Assembly (NCBI RefSeq): GCF_028641065.1
Contig: NC_073393.1
Span: 15,934,001-15,998,000 of the forward strand
Source of the DNA: Leucoraja erinacea
Lineage: Eukaryota
DNA length: 64,000 nt
Direction: 5' to 3'
The notes under the pieces are model-generated. The model was not told the origin of the DNA. It did not search any database and worked only from the letters and a program-made list of their open reading frames with translations. A program made the translations under genes and the position numbers. Shown piece by piece: positions 1 to 13,239 of this stretch. The first letter of the stretch is position 1, and each line of letters opens with the position of its first letter.

Positions 1-990
1 ATCAGGTTGTTCCTTAAATTCGAGAAAGGCTTGTTTCAATAACGTAACTAGAAATTGATGAATGTAGACTGGGCACAGATGCGTGTAGGTAAAACTGACA
101 AGTGGAAGTCTTTTAAGGGACAATTAACCAGACTTCAGATCCCAAGATTAAGGTGAAAGGAAAGATGGCAAGGCAGGAGATACCTGTGGCCCAGGCAGAG
201 GTTTCAGTACCTTCATTCTTCAAAGGTGACATGCCAAAACAGGGAAGGATAACTACTATTCTTTCACTTAAGAAGTGCACCAGAGATATGCCAAGTAATT
301 ACAACTGTTGTGCCTTACTTCATTAATGAGGGAAATTAATGAGGAAGGTCTTAAGAGATATGATTTATGTAAATTTGATAATTCAGGTATTTATTAGGGA
401 TAGTCAGTAGATCTTTGTGCGGGGGTAAATCCTGCCTCACTAATTTGATTGAGCTTTATGAGGCTAGTACTAAACAGATTCATCAAGGCGGGATTGTAGG
501 CATTTTTTTGACGTTTGACATGGTTTCACATCGTAGGCTGGTTCAGAAGATTAAGACATACTGGACACACCTTACATCGTTGGCTAATTGCATCTAAAAT
601 TGGCATGGTGAAAGTAGACAGTGGTAGTGGTGGAAAGCTACATTTCTGACTGCCTTGGCAATTAATTCCACACAACCATGGCCTTCTGTGTGGAAATAAA
701 ACTGTCTCTCATTTCTCCTTTCAATTTATCCTGTGTCAGCTTAAACAATGCTATTTAATTCCAGACTCTCCCGGTGAAGGAAAATGACTGACTATTGTCC
801 TATTTATGCTTCTGATCAATTTATAAATCTTGATGTGTTGACGCTCAGTCTCGTACACTTCAGTGAGAATAATCCAAGTCAACACAATTTCTTCTTCTAA
901 CTACAGCTTACCATTCTAGACCTGATCCTGGTGAAACTCTTCTGCAAACTCTCTATGGCTAGTGACGTTGAGGTACAGAACTGAAGATGT
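1..990. mobile_element. Old degraded CR1 LINE fragments (+ strand to about 660, - strand about 660-990)
   Basis: ORF 415-597 GKSCLTNLIELYE..FDMVSHRRLVQKIK is a CR1 reverse-transcriptase motif. Boundaries are approximate. Confidence 0.7.
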
Positions 991-1539
991 GTCTGATTGT
1001 TAGCAAATTCACCTAGTGGTCATACCCAAGAATGTCAATTGTAGTGAAATATTAGGGATTGTAACATCTAGTCCTACTAATCAATCAATATTTTCCTGTG
1101 GTGTGGTGATCAGAACTGTACATTGTACACCAAAGGCGCACATAAACAGCACATGCTTACTCACATGTTTCAGTGCTTTATGCTCCCACTGTCTTCCAGG
1201 CAAAACCTATCTGCATTTAATGTTTTTCCTTCCATGTTCTTGTTCATGACACTCGGTGGAGCATATTTATTACTTACATGGATACATTTAGCTCTAAAAA
1301 ATACTCAAGAAGCACAACATTATTCAGGATAAAGAAACCCTTCTCATTGGTACCGATTCACCAACATAAAATAAATAGTCTCCATTACTGTTGCATCATA
1401 GCTGCAGTGGACCATGTTGATGGAAATATATTGCAATTCCTTCAGCTACTTCCTATCGAGGAGTGGTGATCTTTCACTTGAAGGGGCAATCATGGAAGAT
1501 GATCTACCAATTTTACACGGTAATTAAATAATTCCTCAG

Positions 1540-1790
1540 TTACAGTTGCTTAGTTAGGTTGCAGTTGCTTAAGACATTAGTGAGGCCACATTTGGAATAT
1601 TGTCTTCAGTTTTCGTCATCCTATTGTAGGGAATGTTATTGGTGCAGAGACGATTTACGAGGATGTTGCCAGAAGTAGACGGTTAGGACTTTATTCCTTG
1701 AGCAGGTTAGGACTTTATTCCTTGGAGCGCAGGAGAATAAGGAGTGATCTTATACAGATATATGATCATGAAGGGAATAGATAGGGTAAA
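1540..1790 (+). mobile_element. CR1 LINE fragment
   Basis: LVRPHLEYC-type sequence (tagtgaggccacatttggaatattgt). Boundaries are approximate. Confidence 0.7.
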
Positions 1791-3019
1791 CGTCTACTCT
1801 GTCAAACCTTAAAACTTCTATTAGGCCACTCAATTACATTGTTTATCCATACAGACAAGCCCGAATCAATGTTTTATTTCTGGATAAGAATTGCCTCATT
1901 TTGTACACTGTACTCCAGTTCAATCCACTTACCTTATTCTTTTCTGCTTTTCAATTCTGTCTGAGTAAAAATGAACGGTGCCATGTTCTTTTTATATGGC
2001 CCCGTTAATCTCTATTCATAGATTTGTGTATTAATGCTCCCAAACACCTTACTCATCCAATAACTGGGTATTATTTGGTGTTTATCTTTCCAGGAATGTG
2101 GGCAACATCAACGAATCCAGCATTTATTGTCCGTCCCCCGTTGCCCTGAGAAGATGGACATTATCCACAGGCTTGAATTACTGCATTCCTTCATGTGAAT
2201 GAACTCCCCCAATGCAATTGGGAAGGAAGCACTCAGATTTAGAAGTAAACCTGATGATGAAAAACAGCATATTTTTAAGTTAGGATGGTTGCCAGACCCT
2301 GATGCCATGGTGCAGATTAGGTTGGTAGATGGGAAGCTGATCAAGGATGGTGTTGAACTTCTTCAATGTTTTTGGAGTTTGATTTATCCAGGCAAGTAGG
2401 TTAAGCTTCGGCATGCTCTTAGATTGTGGATGGGCTGTCAGGAGGAGAGTCATTTCAAATTGCCTGAGCAATTTATGTATTCTTTAAAAAAGTACCGCCT
2501 CATACCTATCTAAATCAAAAACTAATTAGTTATTAAATGGTCATTCTTGTAAGTGTATTTAATTCCTGAATTTTACTTCATTTACCTTTAGATTTAAACA
2601 AATCTGACATTGAGAACTACAAACATTTTGTTGCATTTGATTATGGCTCGTTTATGCTTTCAATTTCCATCCAATTTCATTTAATTTGCAGTTGAAAAGG
2701 TCAACATCAAGGGATTCTATTACAAAAGTGATGCCAATGCATAACATGGTTAAGTTACAACTTATCTGTTACATCATTGTCATAAATTCAGACAAACTGA
2801 TAGAGCATATTTAATAAAGGCTCGATTTCTATAAAATCGATTAATTGCTCAAAAATATATTCTAAGAATTAATTTCTTGCCGATATCATTTTGTGGAAGA
2901 AATTTAAAATTTAGAATGAGTTAAATCTGGCATAAAATTAGATCTAATAAACACCAGTGAATAATAGATTACACCCTTTGAACTTTAAAAAAATTTCAAG
3001 GCATAACTCTTTCCCCTCA

Positions 3020-3640
3020 AGATCATAGAGTATAGAAGTTGAGATGTAATGTTAAAATTATACAAGGCATTAGTGAGGCCAATTCTGGAGTATGGTGTAC
3101 AATTTTGGTCGCCTAATTATAGGAAGGATGTCAACAAAATAGAGAGAGTACAGAGGAGATTTACTAGAATGTTTGCCTAGGTTTCAGCAACTAAGTTACA
3201 GAGAAAGGTTGAACAAGTTAGGGCTTTATTCTTTGGAGCGCAGAAGGTTAAGGGGGGACGATAGAGGTCTCTTTAAAATGATGAGAGGGATAGACAGAGT
3301 TGACGTGGATAAGCTTTTCCCACTGAGAGTAGGGAAGATTCAAACAAGGTGACAACTTGAGAATTAAGGAACAGAAGTTTAGGGGTAACATGAGGGGGAA
3401 CTTCTTTACTCAGAGAGTGGTGGCTGTGTGGAATGAGCTTCCAGTGAAGGTGGAGGAGGCAGGTTCGTTTTTATCATTTAAAAATAAATTGGATAGTTAT
3501 ATGGATGGGAAAGGAATGGAGGGTTATGGTCTGAGCACAAGTATATGGGACTAGGGGAGAATACGTGTTCAGCCCGGACTAGAAGGGTCGAGATGGCCTG
3601 TTTCTGTGCTGTAATTGTTATATGATTATATGGTTATATA
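3020..3640 (+). mobile_element. CR1 LINE 3' end
   Basis: FFTQRVVAVWNELP motif and a (TATATGGT)-like tail. Confidence 0.85.
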
Positions 3641-3770
3641 TAGACAGTTTTTTTTTCTACTCTCGTAGTTTATTTCATGCCACATTTGAAGTTTATGCCA
3701 GTTTTGCACATATATCTTTCTGGAAGAAAGGGACTGAAAAAATATACAAATTCAAATAGATGCAAACTAA

Positions 3771-4145
3771 TAGCTTACAAAATTCTTAAGAGGTTGGACA
3801 GGCTTGATGCAGGAAGATTGTTCCCGATGTTGGGGAAGTCCAGAACAAGAGGTCACAGTTTAAGGATAAGGGGGAAATCTTTTAGGACCGAGATGAGAAA
3901 AACATTTTTCACACAGAGTGGTGAATCTCTGGAATTCTCTGCCACAGAAGGTATTTGAGGCCAGTTCATTGGCTATATTTAAGAGGGAGTTAGATGTGGC
4001 CCTTGTGGCTAAAGGGATCAGGGGGTATGGAGAGAAGGCAGGTACAGGATACTGAGTTGGATGATCAGTCATGATCATATTGAATGGCAGTGCAGGCTCG
4101 AAGGGTCGAATGGCCTACTCCTGCACCTATTTTCTATGTTTCTAA
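3771..4145 (+). mobile_element. CR1 LINE 3' end (short truncated copy)
   Basis: YKILKRLDRLDAGRLFP..SRTRGH, 3' hairpin region and ttctatgt tail. Confidence 0.88.
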
Positions 4146-4801
4146 TAGTTACCAGTATCTTTATATCAGATCTAATTTCGCATATTGATAAAAAAATTAA
4201 TTGACAACGATTTGTCCGGAAATAACTTGTCCAATATATGTTTTGAGCAGTGGATTAAGTTTATAACCTTTGCTTCCTTTGTGAAATATTCTGCACTAAT
4301 TAATTTGGATTCAACATTTGTGGTTATCAGGCAGGCGGGTTGCAGACATCGGAGTCATGGTGACTTAACTCATCAGCCTCAGGCATGCTGAGGTTATGGA
4401 ATGATGGGAGAGCGCAATATTCAGGTGCTGGAGGCACCGCCCAGATGGAAGAAGGACATGATGCTAAATTGCAGAACGGATTGACAAAGTCTGTAGTACT
4501 TCGATGAAGCCACAAGGTGGAGCCCGCCCCTCGCGCAGTGTAAAGAGGCTCTCTATGGCAGATGGAAGCGATTTTCTTTCTGATGAAGGATACAGAGGAG
4601 CTGGACATCAATTCGGAATTGGGATCTGGCCTTTCAACAACAACACCAGGATGCATATTTTTATTCAGGTCTTTGTAAAATCAGGACTCGTCTCCCTGAA
4701 CAAAGCTGGAATTACTCGGCTAAATGCAGCTTTTAAGACTGAGACGGTGGTCCGGTTTTGAGTAAATAGTGCAATTTTCAGCATAATACGCTTAGATCCA
4801 G

Positions 4802-4821
4802 TCAGCTGTTTCTAGCACGAT
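4802..4821 (-). CDS. Receptor gene A putative last coding exon (DRARNS*)
   Basis: Strong acceptor ttttgtttctttaacag after a 71-nt intron, TGA at 4804-4802, AATAAA about 140 nt downstream on the minus strand. Confidence 0.5.
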
Positions 4822-4892
4822 CTGTTAAAGAAACAAAACATTTAAAGTTTATATCAACTAAATTTTTGTGATAAGTCCCCAAGCGTTCTTAC

Positions 4893-4988
4893 CCGTTTCT
4901 ATCACATACCCGGAGGTCTTTCCATGTTCCTCTCTGTTCATTGTTTGCTCTGATGTCTCGACCAATCGGTCAACCTTTACCACGGAGC
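4893..4988 (-). CDS. Receptor gene A exon 5: cytoplasmic (GSVVKVDRLVETSEQTMNREEHGKTSGYVIET)
   Basis: Acceptor tcttcctgtctag, donor G|gtaaga, 96 nt, open in phase 1-1. Confidence 0.6.
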
Positions 4989-5926
4989 CTAGACAGGAAG
5001 ACAAATTAATTGGGTACTATAGTGCAGATTTGACAATCGTGAGTTATTTTGAATGTTGACATATTTTCTTACACCACTCTTATTATGAGCCGACAAGACA
5101 TCCAACGGCGCCGATTACCCATTGCCCAATTTGTGCTCCCGACTAAAATCGATTAGTCGCCTTTGTCTCCAGATAGGTTCGAAGTCAAGGCGAGAGAGTC
5201 ATCACTAAATGATACTTTGAATAATTATCTGAACATCAGTTTTGAAGACATTCCCAACGCTTCATCGGACAGGGATCAGCCGCGGCTGGGCTCCATCCTT
5301 CAGAAGCAAAAACAAGGGGATGGGGACCAATTCGGGCAGATGCAGAAATCACAACATTCAGCGGAGTCCCGACTGACCACAGAAATGAAAGAAGGAACGG
5401 CAATTTTCAAGCCGACAACTTTTAAATCAAAGGATTGGGGAATAATCACTTTATCCAACACGCATTGGCCCAAGATAAACAGTTGCACAAAGCTGTAACT
5501 TGAGGAAGGAAACCGCTCCAAGTGGCGACATCTAAATTACAACCGCTCTCATCTTCCAATTCTGCATGTGGCGTTTCATCATTGGAACAATTATTTTATA
5601 ACAGTTCGATTAGAAGACGGTATTGTATTCCTTGATATTAACGATGATTAACAATTTATTTTTCTAAGCTCTTTCAATGCCCTCTTTTGATTTTGGATTT
5701 TTACAAGTGAATTTGGAACACTGGTGATAGCGGAGACTTGACGGAATTGTTGTCCTCTGTGAGTCTGGGGATGGAGAACTGATATAATTCTGTACCGTTT
5801 GGGGATCACGATCTTGTTATTAACAATGTGGCCAAATAGCATCAATTCACGTAGCGTCATTTGATTCTCCGCAGCACCATTTTACAGGGAATTTGAAGAT
5901 GAACTCTACAACGAAGCTTCATTCAC

Positions 5927-6031
5927 CTTTGGCAGAGCTTGATCCAAAAACAATTCTCAAGGTAGCCAACACCAGTAGAATGATCAATGTACCTCCTACA
6001 TTGCGAAGGACAAGGACAACGCTGGCCGAAC
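5927..6031 (-). CDS. Receptor gene A exon 4: transmembrane exon containing Arg (GSASVVLVLRNVGGTLIILLVLATLRIVFGSSSAK)
   Basis: Acceptor tttttacgtctgcag, donor G|gtgaat, 105 nt, phase 1-1. Aligns with paralogous TM exons at the VGG motif. Not in the ORF track. Confidence 0.82.
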
Positions 6032-6349
6032 CTGCAGACGTAAAAAGTAATTGAGCAATAAGACAATTATCACAAGTGAATGAACAAACTATAGAATTGG
6101 ATTTGTGTAAAGAGCTTTATCAAGTGTCACTGTACTACAAAAAATATCCAAATAAAATAGCAATATTAGGCAAATGGACACTGTACAAAATAAACGGGAG
6201 ATCTTGCTTCCAATATGAACAATATTGTTATTGCATTATATGTCAACGAGTGATACATTTCCAAGTCAAGCTAGTGTGCAATTTGGAAGGCAGCCTGCAG
6301 GCCGTGGTGTTCACATGCACCTGCTGCCCTTGTCCTTGTTGGTGATCCA

Positions 6350-8555
6350 ACCTGTCCAGAAATCTATAAATGTCAATCCTCACTTTTCAAACATCTGCAA
6401 CGCGTCGAGGTAGGGAATTACAAAGATTCACTCATCTCTGAGAAGAGTCATACAGTCACAGAATGATACAGTGTGGAAACAGGCCCTTCGGCCCAACTCG
6501 CCTACACCGGCCAACAATGTCCCTGCTAACCTAGTCCCACTTGCCTGTGCTTGGTCCATAACCCTCCAAACATTTCCTATCCATGTACCTGTCCAACTGT
6601 TTCTTAAACGATGGGATAGTCCCAGCCTCAACCACCTCCTCTGGCAGCTTGTTCCATACACCCTCCACCCTCTGTGTGAAAATGTTACCCCTCGGATTCC
6701 TATTAAATCTTTTCCCCTTCACCTTGAACCTATGTCCTCTGGTCCTCGATTCCCCTACTCTGGGTAGAATCTGTGCATCTACCCGATCTATTCCCCTCAT
6801 AATTGTGTACACTTCTATAAGATCTCCCCTCATCCTCCAACGCTCCATGGAATAGAGACCCAGCCTACTTAACGTCTCCCTATAGCTCACACACTCTCTA
6901 GACCTGGCAACATCATCGTAAATCTTTTCTGAACCATTTCAAGATTGACAATATCTTTCCTATAACATGGTGCCCAGAACTGAACACTATATTCTAAATG
7001 TGGTCTCACCAACGTCTTATACCACTGCAACATGACCTCCCAACGTCTATACTCAATACTCTGAATGATGAAGGCCAAAGTGCCAAAAGCCGTTTTGACC
7101 ACCTGCGATTCGACCTTCAAGGAACCATGCACTTGTACTCCTAGACCCCTCTGCTCTACACCACTAGCATTTACTGTTTAGGTCCTGCCCTTGTTCGACT
7201 TCCCAAAATGCAACACCTCAAACTTCTCTGTATTAAATTCCATCAACCATTCCTCTGCCCACCTGGCCAAGCGATACAGACCCTGCTGCAATCGTTCACT
7301 TCCATCTTCACTATCTGCAAAACCACTAACTTTTGTATCATCAGCAATCTTGCTAATCTTGCCCTGTTTGTTCTCATCCAAATCATTGATGTAGATGCCA
7401 AACAGTAACGGGCCCAGCACCAATCTTCCACTAACACTCTATTTTCTTCCATGGAGCTAATTTACTATCCATTCAGCTATCTCTCCTTAGATCCCACGAG
7501 ATCTAACCTTCCAAAACAGCCAACCATGCGGTACCTTGTCGAATGCCTTATTAAAATCCATGCACACAACATCTACCCCTCTGCCATCATCAACCTTTTT
7601 GCCCACGTTTTCAAAAACAATCAATCAGATTGTGAGACACCACGTCCCACGTACAAAACCATGCTGACTGTCCCTAATCAGCCCATGCCCATCCAAATGC
7701 ATGTATAACCTATCCCTCAGAATACTCTACAGTAACTTATCAACTACAAATGTTAAGCTCTCCAGCCTATAGTTCCCAGCATTTTCCCTGCAGTCCTTCT
7801 TGAAAAGAGGCACAACATTTGCCACCCACCAATCCTCTGGCACCTCTCCTGTATTTAAGGACGACATACATTTCATCCAGGGCCTCCGCAATTTCCTCCC
7901 TTGTTTCCCGCAATGTCCTCTGATATATCCGACCAGGCCCCAGAGATTTGACTACCTTCAAACACGACAGTACCTTTAGTACTTCCTCGACAGTACTTCC
8001 TCGATGCTCTCATGACACTTCCAGTAACTGCTCCAATTTCCTCCATCCTACTGTTTTCTCCTTGGTAAATGCAGAGGAGAAATACTCTTTGAGGACCTTA
8101 CCCATCTCCTGTGGCTCCACACAGAGGTGACCGCTTTTATTCCTGAGAGGTCCCACTTTCTCTCTGGTTATCCTTTCCCCCCTTATGTTTTTACAAAATC
8201 TTTTCGGATTGTCTTTTATGGTACCCGCCAGAGCTATCTCCTGGCCAATTTTTGCCCTTCTGATCTCCTTTTTTAGTTTGCTCCTTATTTCCCAAAACTC
8301 CTCCAGGGATGCACTTATCCCAACTGCCTTTACCTGTCCCATGCATCCTTCTTGTTTTTGACTAACGTCTCAATTTCCCTCGTCAGCCAAGCTTCTTTAC
8401 GTTTGCCTGCTTTGCCTTTCACTCTAACGGAGACGTACACACCCTGAGCTCTCTACAGCATACGTTTAAAAACATCCCACTTGGCCGATGTTCCTTCCCC
8501 CTCAAATAACATGCCCCAGTCAAGTTGAGCTAGACCTTCTCTCATACCCTCAAAA
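6350..8555 (-). mobile_element. CR1 LINE, about 2.2 kb of ORF2, in the gene A C1-TM intron
   Basis: ORFs [35 protein letters not shown]. Confidence 0.9.
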
Positions 8556-8902
8556 TAGTGAAATATCTCAACATTGCAAAGTAAATTCCCGACTATATAT
8601 AAAGAACGTGTACCTCTATCCCCATCTCACTGATTGTGTCTTTTTGATTATTTTTTTTGTTTGCTAACATCTCTGACAGCCTTGAAGGTTTAGCCACGTC
8701 ACAGACACTATAAATATTGAAGATGCAGATATAATTTAGAAAACAGATGAGAGCATATGATACGTCAGTTTGCCCGAACTCCCGCGGCGAATAAACACGG
8801 TCCACATTCAGCCCGTCTAGTCGTGTTTGAGCTGTATCCATCAATATTTCTAAATCGGATCGGAGGTCTCCCTCTGTTCCCAGCTCTGTTTGCCAGTCTT
8901 AC

Positions 8903-9193
8903 CTGGCTTGACGGTGTAGTCGACTCTGGCCGGGACCGCAAGGGAGACATGTGACACTAGGCAGGTGTAAATATCAACGCGCCAGGTAGGCTTCGTTACT
9001 TGGAGAAAGCTGGAAGCCACATGCAACCCCTCCACGCTACTGATGTTCACACGTTCTTCCCCGGTGGAAATTGTTACACCATTTCTTTGCCAGGATATTT
9101 TGACTTCCTTCGGGGAAAAGGCAGCCGTTTTACACACAAGTCTGGGCGGCGAACTGCCATTAACTTGGCTAATGCTCAGGGGAGTTGGCGGAG
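8903..9193 (-). CDS. Receptor gene A exon 3: C1-set Ig domain
   Basis: Acceptor ttctgttacag, donor G|gtaaga, 291 nt. C1 signature LVCKTAAFSP..WQRNG..YTCLVSHVSL. Confidence 0.92.
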
Positions 9194-11703
9194 CTGTAAC
9201 AGAAGAAAAATATGTTGCATATTTTCTTTCCAATTCAACGATAACATTCTAGTTTGCCTCGTCACACCGCGACCTGGCACTCCCACCATCAGATCGGTTA
9301 TCGGTACAATCGCTTTTGCACTCACTGATTTGTCATTGTTTTAGATTTGACAGTGAAATATATCCAAGCAATCCATAAGGAATCCGAGGTTTGGATGTAG
9401 GTAATATGTGGGCTTCTGAACCATCGCCAATGTTCTGAAGTGCCAAATCAGTAGCGTGGAGGGGGGTGTATAATCGCTGGCAACAACTTTTTATGTTCAG
9501 TTCAAAAATGACTGTTTTTACGAGATTTTGGTGTAAAGAATGATACGTGTAGAGTGGAATATCACAGAGATACACAGCACAGCACAGAGCAGCACAGATG
9601 ACCTATTGCGTCATTAAACCTCCATCTCCACGTATTCATTTTTCATCTCCTGTCAACTTTCCTCTTCACTCCTCACCACGACCAATCAACCGGGACAATT
9701 TACAGAGACTAGTTTTCCTACCAACCTGCAGATGTGTGGCATGCGGAATAAACCGGAGCACCGGTGGGATGTCTACGCGTTGAAGGGGAGAACTATATAT
9801 GGACGCACGCAGGATCCGGGTCGAACTTGGGTCGCTGAAATTGTGGGCAGCGCTAACCAATGTAGCGCTGTATATATCCAGATGTCACCAATATCAATAA
9901 TCAAGAGGAAGGCCGTAGTTGCGTAGATGAAAGCTTGGGCCACACAATTGTTTAATACCTGGGATGGAGGGCTCAAGTGATACAGCTTTTGGCCCGGGAC
10001 GTTTCTCCATAACGCTAACTGAGCAATTTGAGCATGATAGAGTTATACGAATAATTATTAAGAAGAAAATGCAGATGTCTGGAGAAGGATCTCGACCCAT
10101 TCCTTCTCTCCAGAGATGCTGCCTGTCCCGTTAAGTTACTTCAGCTTTTTGTGTCTATTTACTGATAATTAGTATCGCGTTGCAAATATTAGACACTTCT
10201 TCAATAAGTACAATACGCGAATGGGAAATCCAAATTAGACTACGTCTCTTCTACAATGTTGCCATTTTCCAAATGTACTCGGTTTGTTGAAGACGTTTGG
10301 TCTGAATGAGATTTCACATATCAGCACAGAGCTGACGCTGATCTACCTCCGGCGGATCTATAATCAGTAGCTAGTTAGTAGGAGGCCTCTTGTTAAATCG
10401 CTCTACGAGTTGATGACTACGAGTTTAATAAGTTTTAAATATTTTTACATTCCGTTTCTTTAGTAACAGGTTGTTGGATCGGTTTCTTTATTGAACTCGG
10501 AGGAGACCTCGATGCTTATTCTCAGCCTCGGCGAGTGCATCATCAGCTAAAACGTAAAATTAATCTGTGGCACGAACATAGATCTATTTAGATAGAATGA
10601 ATAATTGGGGGGAAACGTGGAGAGACTGATTCTTGTGGGAAACGTGGTTGAGTCATGTAAGAATGTAATTGTAAGGACGGGAGCTCAGGCGTTTGCCCCA
10701 ATGCCGTTTAATCTTACTCGTATTTTATAAAGGTTAAGGGTTTAATGAGAATCCTCGGAGTGAGACGGTGATATTCTGTCCCTGGAGTAAGAATCTAGAA
10801 ATCAAACCTCTCAACGGTTTATAGGATTCATCTGTATAGTAACCATGGTGGTTTGATCCGGGGTTCAGCTTCGTTTACAGCCGACGAATAAGAGTAGAAT
10901 ATTTAAGGCCGAGGCCGCTCCGTTGTTCAATTCAATCGTGGGTGGTTTGTGCGTCAGGTCTCTGTGTCACAAACCCTGTTGTCACATACCCCACGATACC
11001 TAATCTAAATGAATATTCTAACATCCCAATCTCGAGAGATCGATTTATTTTCTTGTTTCCAGACTTTAAGTGATTAAATGATTACAGATTTCGGAGATAA
11101 TTTGTAAGGTGGCGCGTAAAAAGCGAAAATTATGTGTGAATCAATATGGACTGCAAACACTATTCTTATGAGATTGTAACCACTATTGGCGTAGAGTGGT
11201 GGCGTTTGAATATTGTTTTAAAGAGCCTATCCAGGATGGAGGTGTTAAAATTATTCCGTTGTCTTCGGGAGCAGAAATGGGACATTCTTATCACAACTGA
11301 GATTAAAACATCCACGTGGCTTCAACATTTTCCATGAAAAACAATTCTAAACAACCTTTTAATCTAAGTCATTTGATGTAAATACATTCAAGCACACCAT
11401 GGAGGGTAGTAAAGGGTGAATCTGAATCGTGGGCAATAACGCCAAAGTGGACAGCGCGAATCTGCAGGAGAGCAATGGAAAATCTCTGGAGAAGTACGAA
11501 ATGAGGAAAAGGACATTTTCTCTCTACACAGATGCTGACCCACTTACGGATTATTTAAATATATCAGATTTGGAACGGTTTTTGTTTTTATAGTATAAAT
11601 CTTATCGAGTTTTTGCCGAGTTATAAAATGTCATGTTATTCATATCAGCGAGCTTTACTTGTACCCCAGGAAGCTTAAAATGTCTCCCTTACAGGGCACT
11701 TAC

Positions 11704-12009
11704 CGAACACGGTGAGCCTTGAGCCAGGTCCATCTCCGATAGATTGCTGCTGTTGTTTCAATTTACAATAATAAACTCCGGAGTCCGCGATTTTCGTATT
11801 CAGGAGAATGAAATCCGCACTGCCCTTTCTGATAGAAAATTGTTTTCTGCTGTCTGGTTCTATAAATGTCTTCTCGCCCCATCTCCACCAAGAAACAGCA
11901 GGAGTAACTTGTTGTATTGAGAATGTGCAGAACATGGACGCATTGCCTCCTCTGTGGACGGTCAGGTATTTAGGGAATTGGTCCACTTTGGTTGAAGTTA
12001 CTTCGAAGG
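11704..12009 (-). CDS. Receptor gene A exon 2: germline-joined VJ-type Ig domain (NKp30/NCR3-like)
   Basis: Acceptor ttatttctggcag, donor G|gtaagt, 306 nt, phase 1-1. Motifs VDQFP, MFCTF, VSWWR, DSGVYYC and J-like IGDGPGSRLTVF. Confidence 0.92.
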
Positions 12010-12402
12010 CTGCCAGAAATAAAACAAGAATACTGAAAACAGTTGGCCATCCGGACAAGCAAAATGAACAAAGAGTTGAAAAATTCAAAATAAACTAGAA
12101 TCGGCCATAAATGAATTAAGAAGCACTGTAACTAAATCCGTGCTTGGTAACCAACATAGAATATTCTAAGGTGATACAAGGAACTGGTTTACAAAAAAAG
12201 ACACCGAGTGCTGGAGTAACTCAGCGGCCAAGAGTCTTCTTTAGATTCTGAAGTAGTTTCGACCCGAAACGTCACCTATCCACGTTCTCCTTAGATGCTG
12301 CCTGACCCACGGAATTACTCCAGAACTACATGTCTTTTTTAAAAATAGAATATTATAAAACATGACATGAGATTCGGAAACCCCACATGTATCTAAACGT
12401 AC

Positions 12403-12457
12403 CGTGCCAAACTGTAGCCAGAAGAGTCATGTATCGAACTGATGCTCCAAACGACAT
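12403..12457 (-). CDS. Receptor gene A exon 1: leader/signal peptide MSFGASVRYMTLLATVWH
   Basis: ATG at 12457, 55 nt, phase-1 donor G|gtacgt. Same length and homologous to the leaders of genes B and C. Confidence 0.8.
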
Positions 12458-13039
12458 TTTGCAAAATGAGGTGGTCGCTTGCTGCAAATGAGGAAGCCTC
12501 TTCAAAGATTCGTGTATTTCATGACGCCGGATATCATGTGACAGTGCAGTGGGTTTCATATTTAGTTTTATTTTAAGGCATCCCATCTCATCTCCCAGGT
12601 GAAACATTTATGCTTGATGTAGAATTTTCTCCTAGACCTCCCGGGAGCACTAAAGAATCCCGAGAGCAGAAGCTATCACTAATTGAATTACACAAACAAA
12701 ATGGAGACACGAGGAACTGCAGGTGTTGGGACTGAATGAAGGGACCCGAAACGTCCATATTACCGTTATATTATTCCAGTACTTTTCTAACACAAACAAA
12801 ATTCCGTTCTTCCGTGTATTTTACTAGTTTTCTCGTTCCACGTAAATTATTTTTGTACTGCTCGACGGACCCAACAAGCTATCCAGCACCTATAGAGCAA
12901 ATGGGTACCTCTAATCTGCTGTGTTCCTTCAGCAAAGACCAGAATGCTGGAGGAACTCAGCGGGTCAGGCAGCATCGGCGGAAGGAATGGACAGACGATA
13001 TTTTAGATCGCGAACCTTGCCCTGTTCGCGAAGGCCAGC

Positions 13040-13220
13040 TGGAGCTCTGGGTTGCTAACCAATTGAACGTACCTTTTCCTTCCCATACCGACCTTTCCGT
13101 CCCTTCCGTCCCCCACTGCCAGAGTGAGACCAACACACAAACTGGAAGACCAGCACTTTACATTTCACTTGAGTAGCTTACAAACTAATGGTTTGAACAT
13201 TATATTTTCAAATTTCAGGT
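13040..13220 (+). mobile_element. Penelope-like GIY-YIG 3' fragment
   Basis: Similar to the 53.8-54.5 kb Penelope copy (..KLEDQHF.FHLSSLQ). Confidence 0.5.
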
Positions 13221-13239
13221 ACTACGATACGATACAATG

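Noticed and set aside
5163-5498. 111-aa plus-strand ORF
   Set aside because: Antisense within a gene A intron, non-ATG start and no recognisable motif.
8850-8902. Secreted isoforms by read-through past the V or C1 donors
   Set aside because: The donors are strong and the read-through peptides are short and mostly not conserved between paralogs; there is no support without transcript data.
12010-12088. Hydrophobic N-termini of the V ORFs in the track read as signal peptides (also 42670-42712)
   Set aside because: They are translated polypyrimidine tracts. Proper 55-nt leader exons exist upstream in all three genes.
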